A DNA stretch of 62,956 nucleotides, the filler included, from Lenisia limosa (taxonomy: Eukaryota; Protista; Breviatea), in NCBI GenBank assembly GCA_001655205.1. It is 8 parts of 8 records of this genome, joined end to end, with 100 filler letters (N's around TTAATTAATTAA, not from the genome) between each part and the next. Parts side by side here need not be neighbours in the genome. Positions count along the whole stretch, not along the records: positions 45,314 to 55,915 come from LPNZ01007916.1; positions 56,016 to 58,673 come from LPNZ01009411.1; positions 58,774 to 61,286 come from LPNZ01005478.1; positions 61,387 to 62,956 come from LPNZ01007656.1; 4 more parts are not named here. One strand, given 5' to 3'. A model generated the notes under the pieces. That model searched no databases, was not told the DNA's origin, and saw only the letters and a list, made by a program, of their open reading frames with translations. A program made the translations under genes and the position numbers. This document shows positions 52,194-62,400 of the stretch, piece after piece. The stretch's first letter is position 1, and the number at the start of each line of letters is the position of its first letter.

Positions 52194-55100
52194 CTAGATA
52201 ATGTGGACCTCCTTTGCGCGATACATAATCGTGTTCTCGTTTTCAAGGAACTACAAATTGTGAACAAGGTAGGAGGAAAGAACTATTGTTCCAAGACAAG
52301 CCCAAATGGCAAAAAGCTATTCTCTAAACTCGAACAGTTCAAAATATTAGCCAATTTCATCAAGTTAATTACTTTTCTCCAAAACCCACGGCAATAGCTG
52401 CTTCGAGGCGCGGTGTGGTCATGGAGCTGTCTGCCATTTGCAGGGCTTCAAGAACCTTGTTGATGGGCAGCTGGGGGGGTGAGGTAAGTGGGAAATTTAG
52501 GAAATAGTGCCCAAAACCAACTCTGTAGGCTAGTAATACACGAGGATTGATAAAAACAAAACAAAAAAAAGCCCAGGCCAGTCGCTTCGGCAGCACCGCA
52601 TCTCATAGGTNNNNNNNNNNNNNNNNNNNNNNNNNNNNNNNNNNNNNNNNNNNNNNNNNNNNNNNACAATGAAAACGTATAATTTTCCTTGTATTAAGAG
52701 AGATTATTTACTGTTTTTATGGTTCTTAATCCCTCATACCACGTCTGAGCGAAGCTTCTTTCTCATTTTATGGATGCAAGCCTTCACCGACTCCACATCA
52801 GCTGAAACGGTGAATAAAGTCATAGAAATATGATTGTATACTCTTATGTGCACAGGAGGTTGTATGTCCATTTTGGATGTAAAAATTGAATGTCTCTGTG
52901 TAATGCGGATGATTATATAAAAAAAAGTCCATAGAAATGAGAAAGAGAATCCATTTGGATGAAGAAATGAGAATAATAAATATCGATAGTAATGAGAAAA
53001 AACAAAATCCATTCAAAACTTGGCAATGAATACCAGGAAGCCTACCTGGGGAAGCCTCCATGATTTCTTCGTCATCTTCCTCCTCCATTGTCGCGTTCTC
53101 TTCAGGCATGTTGAGCGATGCTGACAAGAGTGAATAGTTTGCCAAAGAGTTAGATCGCATTGATAATAGACAAGTCTGTCCGCAAGTCGATAAGGAATGT
53201 TTATGCGGTATTAATTTTGAGCGTGGAGCAGCCCCACCTGGCTCTTCTTCATCATCACTCTCCTCGATTTTGACTTGCTGGGAGGCTGCCTTCGGGCTGA
53301 TGGTTTAGAGACGAAAGCTTTGCCAAGATTTTGACCCCCCCCCCCCCNNNNNNNNNNNNNNNNNNNNNNNNNNNNNNNNNNNNNNNNNNNNNNNNNNNNN
53401 NNNNNNNNNNNNNNNNNNNNNNNNNNNNNGTAATGAAACTAGGGACCTTTCCTGGCATTTTTCGAACCGAAGTGAAGCCCTTCTCCCCACTCACAACATC
53501 TCTCCTTGAATATCTCTGGGTTTAATGTTTCCAATACCCTCCCCCTGTTTACGCCATTGTTCATCGAAATGTCCTCCCTTCCCACCGAGGCCTGGGTGCC
53601 TTAGCAGCAGGAGCAGCGAACTCGTCTTCCTCCTCTTCTTCCGCACGCACGCGTTTCTGTGGACAGTGATACGGCAATGAAGCGTTATTTATATATATTG
53701 CAATGAGAAAAAAAAAAAGTTGTATCTGGCCGAAGCCCTCCACACTTATAAGATATATGTATTGGATCATAGTATCTCGTAGTAGCCGTCCACACAATTA
53801 CAGTAAAGTCTCTATTGAAACTAGGATTATAAAGATNNNNNNNNNNNNNNNNNNNNNNNNNNNNNNNNNNNNNNNNNNNNNNNNNNNNNNNNNNNNNNNN
53901 NNNNNNNNNNNNNNNNNAGCGGTTTATTAATCATGTTCGTTAATATGGATATCACGTTTTTCGGTGTAGTTGATAAAATTAAGAGCTTCTCTAAAATTAG
54001 AAAATACTTCAGCGTTTCTATATAAATAATTAGATATTATTTCAGGTGTTTCTTTCCATTTTTTATTCCGCCCCCGCCCCCCCTCCCTTAGTTCTCAAAC
54101 AGACTCATCATAATTCTATCAAAGACCAGTAATATATCGACAGTTTTCAAAGATTTATCGAGAATTTAGTCTTTTTTCGAACCTAAGTGAAGCCCCACTC
54201 TCAACCCCTCACCGTGACTCTTTCGATGCTTTCTTCAGTCTTATCGGCCTCGAGAGCTTGCTTGAGGACCTTACTCGCCTCTTCCGCGTCCTTTTTCTCA
54301 ACCTGGGGTGGTGGTGATTAAAGTGGTTTATGAATTGAAATAAGGTTGATGAATTGATGATTAAGTGTGTGTGTGTGTGTGGGGTAAAATGAAAATTTCA
54401 ATGAAGAAGATAGGCGTAAAGATATTGGAGGGATGGGGGTTGAATTGATGACAACAAATTATTGGGATTGATGGTGACTGAATAAAGATTAGGGCTTCCC
54501 TACGGTCCCAAGAAAGACCGATTGTCTCAAATCCTCGATAAATATTGATATTTTACCGATCTTTTTCGGATCGCAGGTACCCCACCCCCACCAACCTTAG
54601 TAGAGAGTCTAGCCTTGGCAAAAGCGGTTGANNNNNNNNNNNNNNNNNNNNNNNNNNNNNNNNNNNNNNNNNNNNNNNNNNNNNNNNNNNNNNNNNNNNN
54701 NNNNNNNNNCGGGTAAGAAAAAAAAAATATGTATTACTACATGAAATATATTAATATTATACCAATGAGAAAAAAAAAACAAAATAAAGAGGCGGGACAG
54801 CTTCACAGAGAAGGCCTGTATCTGGCAGAAGCCGCCCATCCACACCATTACACATATAAGAGATTATATTATAATATTAATTCACCCAATAGTGAAAAAA
54901 TATGTAGAGCAAGCACGGGCAAAATACTGAGAATTTCTGAGATTGATCACCAGCAATAATTTAAATCTTGAGCGGGGAAAGTATATACTACATGTATATT
55001 ATAGAGCTTGGGGGTAAGGAATGTGTGCATAATAAAAATAAAGATGTCATGCCCACCAGTGATGGGAAGGGTCTTCTTGCCTTCGCGTTCGCGCAAGGAG

Positions 55101-55899
55101 GCGTACGTGTCACTGATTAGATCAATTGCAGCGTCTGTCAGTGCTGGCTTGACCCTCTGTAGATGGAGTAAAATGGGAAAATTTATGAAATACCATTTTC
55201 TCTCTCCACACAGAAATCAAGATAATCTTCACCCCTCCCCCCAAGTCCCTTTTCAAACTTTTCAAATTTTGATCTTTAATTGTCAAAATTCACGCCAGCA
55301 TCACTTATTCCGCATAATGACATACATATAACAAATGTTCTTCATTTGACAGGAATTTAATACCCTCCTTCACCTTGGCATATTGGAGGTACTTCTTCAG
55401 GAACGTCTGGGTCAGAAGAGGCACATTACTTACAGGGGATTTCTCTCCTTGGAGCCAGACCAAGTTGTCCTGGGGGGTAAAATGGGAAAATTGATGAAAT
55501 ACAAAAAAGAAGCCCAAATCAACCCTGTTGGCTGACAACACAACACACGAGGGTTGATAACAACAACAAATAAAGCCCAGGCCAGTTGATTATGAAGCAC
55601 GTGGATGAACATGTATTTATAGTTGAAGCAAGTCTCCAAACCAGATTCATTACGTAATCTTAACCAAGCCCCAAATCCATGATCAAAAGTAGCACCCCTA
55701 ATCCATGGGAAAATACTACACTTCGAGGTTTCATTCTGGTTTAGTGATCTGCTTTAAGCTCCCCCCGTATTGAGCATATCCCACACGCTTAACCTACTGT
55801 ATTCAGAATGTCCCATGAATAGAGCCTACGGTATTCAGCATGTTTTCGTCAGTGTCCTGAGAAGGGTCATCAATGGCCGAAGCTGCCCAATCCGCAATA
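52194..55899 (-). CDS. MCM3: DNA replication licensing factor MCM3, 3' half (5' lost at the scaffold linker)
   Basis: HDNLVWLQG..PLLTQTFLKKYLQYAK / RVKPALTDAAIDLISDTYASLRE..TLPIT / TAFAKARLSTK / VEKKDAEEA, an acidic linker, and the winged-helix end FLENENTIMYRAKEVHII* (TAG 52194-52196). Confidence 0.88.
52471..52602 (-). repeat. Family B full-length copy supplying an MCM3 splice acceptor
   Basis: The reverse complement reads GATGCGGTGCTGCCGAAGCGACTGGCCTGGGC..AATCCTCGTGT..AGAGTTGGTTTTGGGC..CCCCCCAG|exon. Confidence 0.85.
54120..54196. mobile_element. MITE family A copy, left end decayed (MCM3 intron)
   Basis: AAAGACCAG..ATATCGACAGTTTTCAAAGATTTATCGAGAATTTAGTCTTTTTTCGAACCTAAGTGAAGCCC. Confidence 0.75.
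54492..54583. mobile_element. MITE family A copy (MCM3 intron)
   Basis: TA-GGGCTTCCCTACGGTCCCAAGAAAGACC...TCTTTTTCGGATCGCAGG. Confidence 0.8.
55470..55585 (-). repeat. Family B copy making up most of a 131-nt MCM3 intron (55470-55600)
   Basis: The reverse complement reads CTGGCCTGGGCTTT..AACCCTCGTGTG..GCCAACAGGGTTGATTTGGGC..CATCAATTTTCCCATTTTACCCCCCAG|GAC AAC (DN). Confidence 0.87.
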
Positions 55900-56088
55900 C
55901 TGGGGGGGGGGGGGGNNNNNNNNNNNNNNNNNNNNNNNNNNNNNNNNNNNNNNNNNNNNTTAATTAATTAANNNNNNNNNNNNNNNNNNNNNNNNNNNNN
56001 NNNNNNNNNNNNNNNAGCCTTTGATTATATGACACCATACACCCATATACCACAACATTAAATACATTACCCACCAAAAGCCTTACAC

Positions 56089-58438
56089 CTCGTTGTTTGC
56101 CATCAACGGCTCATTTCGACACCATACAGGATCCCACCCCCATGTTGATGAACCTACAATATGAGATTAAGCTTGTGGCCAGAGAAAAGATGAATGGAAT
56201 AAAGCAACACAAACCTTCGATGAAAATGGCCAAGAATATAGAGTGTGTGATTGTGGAAACAGGGTCGTGGAAGGGAAATACTACAAGATGAGAAACGGCA
56301 GGACTGTCACAGAAACAGAACGTCCCCCCCCCCCCCNNNNNNNNNNNNNNNNNNNNNNNNNNNNNNNNNNNNNNNNNNNNNNNNNNNNNNNNNNNNNNNN
56401 NNNNNNNNNNNNNNNNNNNNNNNNNNNNNNNNNNNNNNNNNNNNNNNNNNNNNNNNNNNNNNNNNNNNNNNNNNNNNNNGGCTCTTGCGGAGGACCAAGG
56501 TGTTGATGAGGAATAAGGTCAGGACCACTAAAATGCCAATAGCGTAGTAGTACCACACGTCTTTGTCAATCTGACGTGTGACACTCATTTACTACAAAGT
56601 TCCCGCCAAAAAGGTCCACCAATAAATCACTGAGACACAAATAAGAAACTTTATTCTTAATTCGAAGTTTGAGTAAAAGATTGAAAGGAGGTATTAATAA
56701 TAATCAAGTCGCCACACTAAGCTGATTGGTTGGAATAAACTCTCCCTAAAATGAACCCTTGAAAAAGAAAATTGGTGTACATTCCGCGATAAGTCCCTGT
56801 CACGGATATTGAGCTTTATCAGTCAATTATATCAGGACTATCGCGGTCATGATACGTGTATTATGAATGCTTCTCACCATGAGGAACAATTCCCAGATAA
56901 GAACCGCAAAGACAGTGAGAGCTATCACGATGCTGGCTAACACCTCGGCTAGAGTCATAGTGCCCCATTTGCCAGGGTGTGGCATCTAAAGGCGGTGATC
57001 TTAAAATAAGTGGTTGGTGAGTTAAAGCCAGTGCAATTACTGGGAATCAACAAGAGACTCTCATCAGTTGAATTTACTTTTAAATAGCATGTTCTAAACT
57101 AACATGTCACTTTTGGTATATGCCTTACAAACAAAGAACCGCTCCCACCTTGTATGATAGGTTTTGAACGAATTTGATGTCATCAATAAAGTAAAAATGG
57201 AGACCAATGAGGAAAGGGACCACAAAACACCCCAAGCTACATTGGTAACGTTGTCTTGACTAATAAAATATCATTAATTCAAAGGATATCAATGAAAGAT
57301 GCTGTTAGTTCAGTTTCCCTCCCACAAACTTGTATAGCACCTGGTTGTTGTTGGATTCAGAAGAACATGGCGAAGCCAAAGACTTGGTCGTGGATAGTAG
57401 GAAGATCACAGGGAGGCTCAGGAGAACATACACTATATCCTAGAGAGATAAACCATGATGTTCCCGACTACCAAGCTGCAAACAGCACAATGGTAACTCT
57501 ACCACAACTGTTAAAAAAACCTCAACTATTACGAAACTTTTGCATCATGCTCTTTTCTTAGTCTTAACTTACAAACGAATTGCCTTCGGAGATAGTCAAC
57601 CAACACTACAACGAATCAACCCTCCTAGCGCCCAACTTTGTGAGACTCTTGTCGTCTACTTGAGAACCCCTTATGTCGCTGCTGGAACACCGCCGCCACT
57701 ATGAAGAAGCCTGATAATATAAGTTCAGGTGGCTCTTGGTTTAAGCTTTAAGAACCAAAAAAAAATGGTGCTGTGTATTTAGTTAATTGGAATTGTCCTC
57801 CAGTCCTTTAAACCCACAAAACGGCGTATGCATACTATTATTCATACGAGATGTGTTAGCTTAGTAAAAAATTGCTTGAGAGAATAATACCATTATTTTA
57901 ATTGATAGAGCCCTCGAGGGAGAACGGAATTATAAGCCCACCCACCGTATACCAAGACCACTGCAAATAGTCCGAAGGCGACTGGACTGAGGCACCCGTT
58001 ATTATGACCGTACTGCACCTCAACAGTGTCGGACGTGAGGAAGGTGATTGCTGCAGTGGACGTGGCCAATAATAGCCTGGAAGAATCAGAACTGTTTTGG
58101 ATATTACATATGTCTTTTGTGTTTTTAAGGTCAAAATGAGCAGCGCTTTTATAAGGCTCCTTTCCCCCTCTTTCCAACAGTGTATTTGGATATAAATGAA
58201 TAATATATAATTTAATTACATATATTATACATATATATATATATGTATACGTATGTATGTCTGTACACGTATGTGAGAAGGCTGACTGATAATAGTTCAG
58301 TATTAAAAATATCCCCAACTATACTGCTCCACAGGCATTTTTAAGTATCCCCAACTATACTGCTCTTTTTAAGTTTCACATACAGCACTTTCTCTACCCC
58401 ATTGTTGATTTTACAGAGTCAATTTCCTGCCTCGTCAT
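56089..58438 (-). CDS. Multi-pass membrane protein; the C-terminal motif resembles the TM domain of fungal LCCL-domain-containing proteins
   Basis: Hydrophobic exons LLLATSTAAITFL..VAFGLFAVVLVY/GFFIVAAVF, LGCFVVPFLIGLHFYF, LAEVLASIVIALTVFAVLIWELFLM, VWYYYAIGILVVLTLFLI and SIFLAIFIEG/SSTWGWDPVW. The family link is recalled, not searched. Confidence 0.6.
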
Positions 58439-58889
58439 ATTTTTAATCCATGGGTCCCCTCACAGTCCTAAAAAATGAACGGCTTTGCTCCGCTCTTTCT
58501 TGGCTTCCATTTCAGGGAGCAGCTGAAGTAATTAGGGGAAACGTCTGTTTACTCGCCAGATACCTTATAAATCAGTAGTTTCAACTAAATAGTACTTCAG
58601 TGAAATAGGACAGAAAAATATGACTGTTGGTGATGATTAGGGTTCTGCAAGACTGGTTGAGAGAGTAGTTAAGNNNNNNNNNNNNNNNNNNNNNNNNNNN
58701 NNNNNNNNNNNNNNNNNTTAATTAATTAANNNNNNNNNNNNNNNNNNNNNNNNNNNNNNNNNNNNNNNNNNNNCCATATTACATTCATACTCCGAAACTC
58801 CGAGACACAGGTTGATAGTCATGGATTTCCTTATTTGGTAAGTTCTTTTTCATATCATATCATATGTGAAAGATAATAATCATGAATAA

Positions 58890-61045
58890 CAAGAGCAATT
58901 ACGACTTGGCGAACCTCAGCAGGTTCCATTTTCGGATCAGTTGGCAGGGAAGCTAAAGGTCTAAAATGGTCAGTTCCGAATGACGTTGAGACTACGTGCA
59001 ATGCTATTTGAGAAAATCAATTGTATGAAATCTGATCATGTCTGTCAAGCAAGCCAAAATGGAAAATAAACTGTCTGTCAGGCAAGAAAAATTGAAAATA
59101 AACTGTCAGATATGGCGTTCTTGTTAATGTTTATCAGAGTTTACGATATTATCATCTCCCCCCCCCCCCNNNNNNNNNNNNNNNNNNNNNNNNNNNNNNN
59201 NNNNNNNNNNNNNNNNNNNNNNNNNNNNNNNNNNNNNNNNNNNNNNNNNNNNNNNNNNNNNNNNNNNNNNNNNNNNNNNNNNNNNNNNNNNNNNNNNNNN
59301 NNNNNNNNNNNGCCCAAATCAACTCTGGGGAGAGGGGGTCAGTTCTACAATATAATATATTAGGGTGTGGGGGAGTAAAACGAAGAAAATTTCGACGAAG
59401 AATATCGGTTATATTGCGTTAATTGTGGAGATTGGTATCAGAACCACCTCCAAACCTTCAATATATTTTTTATATGTAAATATTGTCGATATAGTAGTAA
59501 TATGATATGTACCATATATAGAGTACACTGTATATAGTATAATTACATAATTATATGTATCATATCTATATAGTATGATATCATTATATCGATATATCAT
59601 ATAATATGTTGACTCCCCCCTCCAACCCCCAACGTCTTCATTGTTTTCCACGTTTTCGTCCTAGGAAAATAAGGGAAATGAAAACACTGAATAAATCCTT
59701 TGGTGAGAAATAAACAAGGCATTATCTGGCCGAAGACGTAAACATATCGCCCAATATCAAATATACTTTATCATTATTATCATCACTTGGGCTTCCCAAC
59801 GGTCGCAAACAAATACAGAATTTCTCGATAAATCTCAATAAATCTCGATATTAAAACAGTCTTTTTGGGACTGTAGGGAAGCCCTCATCATCACCTTTCC
59901 AAGATTACTCCACACCTGATAATCGTCATCTTTCCCCCACCTCCTCATCATCGGATTTTGGCATAGTTTCTTCCACATTCCAATTTTTCTGGCTTTTAAG
60001 CTCGGAAATCAGGGACATCTACAGGCGAGGGGGTGAAATTGGCAACTTCATGAAACAAAAAAAAAAGAGCCCAAAATCAAATATGTTAGTTAGTAACAAA
60101 CGAGGGCTGAAAACAACAACAGAAACAAAGCCCAGCTAGAACTCCACCCCCATTAACATTGATCGGGAGTAAAAGGAAGGAAATTCAAGAAACAAAAACA
60201 TCCCAAATCAACTCCGTTGGCTGCGGTCGGGGGGGGGGGNNNNNNNNNNNNNNNNNNNNNNNNNNNNNNNNNNNNNNNNNNNNNNNNNNNNNNNNNNNNN
60301 NNNNNNNNNNNNNNNNNNNNNNNACGAACCGAATAATCTGACCCCCCCCCCCCACTTGGTTGTTGTTAATATTGACGACCTCCTTAAAGAGACCCTCCAG
60401 GTCGGCCCGGGACATGGCATTAAGATCCGGAATAATCGACTGTAACATTAGAATACATATATATATATATATATATCATAGGCATATGCATATCATATGA
60501 TAACATGTATGATATAGTATACAGTGACCGGGATAAGTCTTGATCACTTCTCCTTGGGGAATCACAGAGCAAATCGGTCAAGACTTATCCCGGTCACTGT
60601 AGAGAGAGAAGTGGGATAATAGCATAATAATGATATAAATAAGGGGGGAGGGAGTTTTAGAAAAGAGACACTCCAGCTCGGCCGGGACATGGCCATCAGA
60701 CCCGGTGTACTCATCTAGGGGGAGGGGGAGAGGTGTATTATATCATATAATAAGTATCATGGAGTGTATCATAATTAGGGGTTCCCAACGGTCCCAAAAA
60801 AGACCAAATCTCCCGACAATTCTCGATAAATATCGATGTTTTAACGGTCTTTTTCGGACCGCAGGGAAGCCCTAATCATAATATACTACATATCGTATAT
60901 GATATAATCGTATATAGAGGGGTACATGTCTGGGGTATTATATCAACAAGTATATCATATAATATGATATGCTATATCCCCCCCCCCACATTATCCCCAT
61001 CTTGGGCTTCTGAAGACGGCCCGGGGGAGTCTGTTTCGGTTGCTG
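58890..61045 (-). CDS. Fragmentary exons of an unidentified gene
   Basis: Candidate GT-AG exons: ATETDSPGPSSEAQDGDN (about 60990-61045), SIIPDLNAMSRADLEGLFKEVVNINNNQ (about 60358-60441), MSLISELKSQKNWNVEETMPKSDDEE (about 59941-60018) and PLASLPTDPKMEPAEVRQV (about 58900-58960). Confidence 0.4.
59789..59884. mobile_element. MITE family A copy
   Basis: GGGCTTCCCAACGGTC...GTCTTTTTGGGACTGTAGGGAAGCCC. Confidence 0.85.
60019..60136 (-). repeat. Family B copy ending at an acceptor (partial second copy at 60170-60225)
   Basis: The reverse complement reads CTGGGCTTTG..GCCCTCGTTTG..TTGATTTTGGGC..CATGAAGTTGCCAATTTCACCCCCTCGCCTGTAG|ATG. Confidence 0.8.
60522..60599. mobile_element. MITE family C (78 bp); a decayed third copy is at 28038-28084
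   Basis: TA-CAGTGACCGGGATAAGTCTTGA...TCAAGACTTATCCCGGTCACTG-TA, with perfect 22-bp TIRs. Confidence 0.9.
60778..60872. mobile_element. MITE family A copy with TA on both flanks
   Basis: TA-GGGGTTCCCAACGGTCCCAAAAAAGACC...GGTCTTTTTCGGACCGCAGGGAAGCCC-TA. Confidence 0.88.
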
Positions 61046-61495
61046 GGGGGGGGGTGAAATTGGACATTATAACCAATTTGTATGATATTTTAATGTTTTT
61101 CAATGCTTCTTAATTGTAATTTTTAAAAGCATTGTCCACAAACACATATTTCTTTGATAAATGACTGAAGTTCTCGATAAATCCTCGAAAACTATTATTA
61201 TTTTGCCGGTATTTCTCAACCGAAGTGAAGCCCTAATTCCTAAGGCCTTGGGAAGGGAGATATGAGAAATTCTTTTGGGACATTCANNNNNNNNNNNNNN
61301 NNNNNNNNNNNNNNNNNNNNNNNNNNNNNNTTAATTAATTAANNNNNNNNNNNNNNNNNNNNNNNNNNNNNNNNNNNNNNNNNNNNATGGCGTGGCAAAA
61401 TGAGCGAATCTGGCTGGAGGTACCTTCCCAATTAGGCAAGTTGAAACGTAGGCGTCTGACGTACCTTCCAAATTAAGATAGCAGGGATATTCCTA

Positions 61496-61591
61496 GGGCT
61501 TCCCTACGGTCCGAAAAAGACCATTAAAATATCGATATTTATCGAGGATATAACGAGAAATTCAATCTTTTTTGGAACCATAGGGAAGCCG
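61496..61591. mobile_element. MITE family A copy
   Basis: TA-GGGCTTCCCTACGGTCCGAAAAAGACC...TCTTTTTTGGAACCATAGGGAAGCC. Confidence 0.87.
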
Positions 61592-61681
61592 TGGATATTC
61601 CAAACATCCTTATCTTCCAACAGTCTTTTTTAGTTTGTTATTTTCGTTTTCTTTCGGTCTCCCTCATTTTTCATCCCCACA

Positions 61682-61754
61682 CCCACACCAAGCTTTGAGT
61701 GTTCTCAAAGACTGTACTCCCACACCAAGCTTTGAGTGTTCCCAAAGACTGTAC
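61682..61754. repeat. 37-bp tandem duplication containing a hairpin
   Basis: CCCACACCAAGCTTTGAGTGTTCTCAAAGACTGTACT x2; CTTTGAG-TGTT-CTCAAAG is a 7-bp stem. Confidence 0.85.
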
Positions 61755-62400
61755 CAACCTAGTTAATTTTGTGGTTAGTGTTTTGAAACTTATTCTTCAC
61801 CCCCCCCCCCCCCNNNNNNNNNNNNNNNNNNNNNNNNNNNNNNNNNNNNNNNNNNNNNNNNNNNNNNNNNNNNNNNNNNNNNNNNNNNNNNNNNNNNNNN
61901 TAATCTTTCGAAAATTTCCTTTTTACCCCCAGATATCCTAGCCGAAGTTATTCAGTTGCTGCATGACGAGGTGCTGAGACCTTGGATCGCTTCAGCTTTC
62001 CCCATCAACAGAATAAAGGAAGCTATGCGCACTCTGGCTGCGGGGTGGGGAGGTGGAAGGGTCAGAGCTAAGATTAGAATGGTGGTGTGAAATAGTGCCA
62101 ATGGGAGGATTAATTCATCTCATCCATTCCCCCATTTTTTTTAAACAACTCACCAAATAGTCCCACTGGATCTGTTCTGATTACAATGTAAAAGGCCGTA
62201 TATGATATGTATTTGTTTAAGTTTAAGTTTTGTGTTGTATTTCTGTTTCTTCATCGAGTCGTTTTTCTATTTTTAATGTAATTCATTAAGTCTATATACG
62301 AAGGTGAACGTCAACCCACAATGTGATTACATTATACGGTTTAAACACCAGCACCATCGGTTACACAATAAATGAATGCACAATCATGGAGCACAAGAGA

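Noticed and set aside
53035-53670. Acidic insertion in MCM3 as a novelty
   Set aside because: A poorly conserved acidic linker before the winged helix is normal for MCM3.
2139-60448. Many ORF-track entries containing long X runs
   Set aside because: They are open only because N gaps contain no stop codons.
61387-62050. Possible plus-strand terminal exons at the start of the last scaffold
   Set aside because: Several incompatible frames and no recognisable product, so it cannot be supported.
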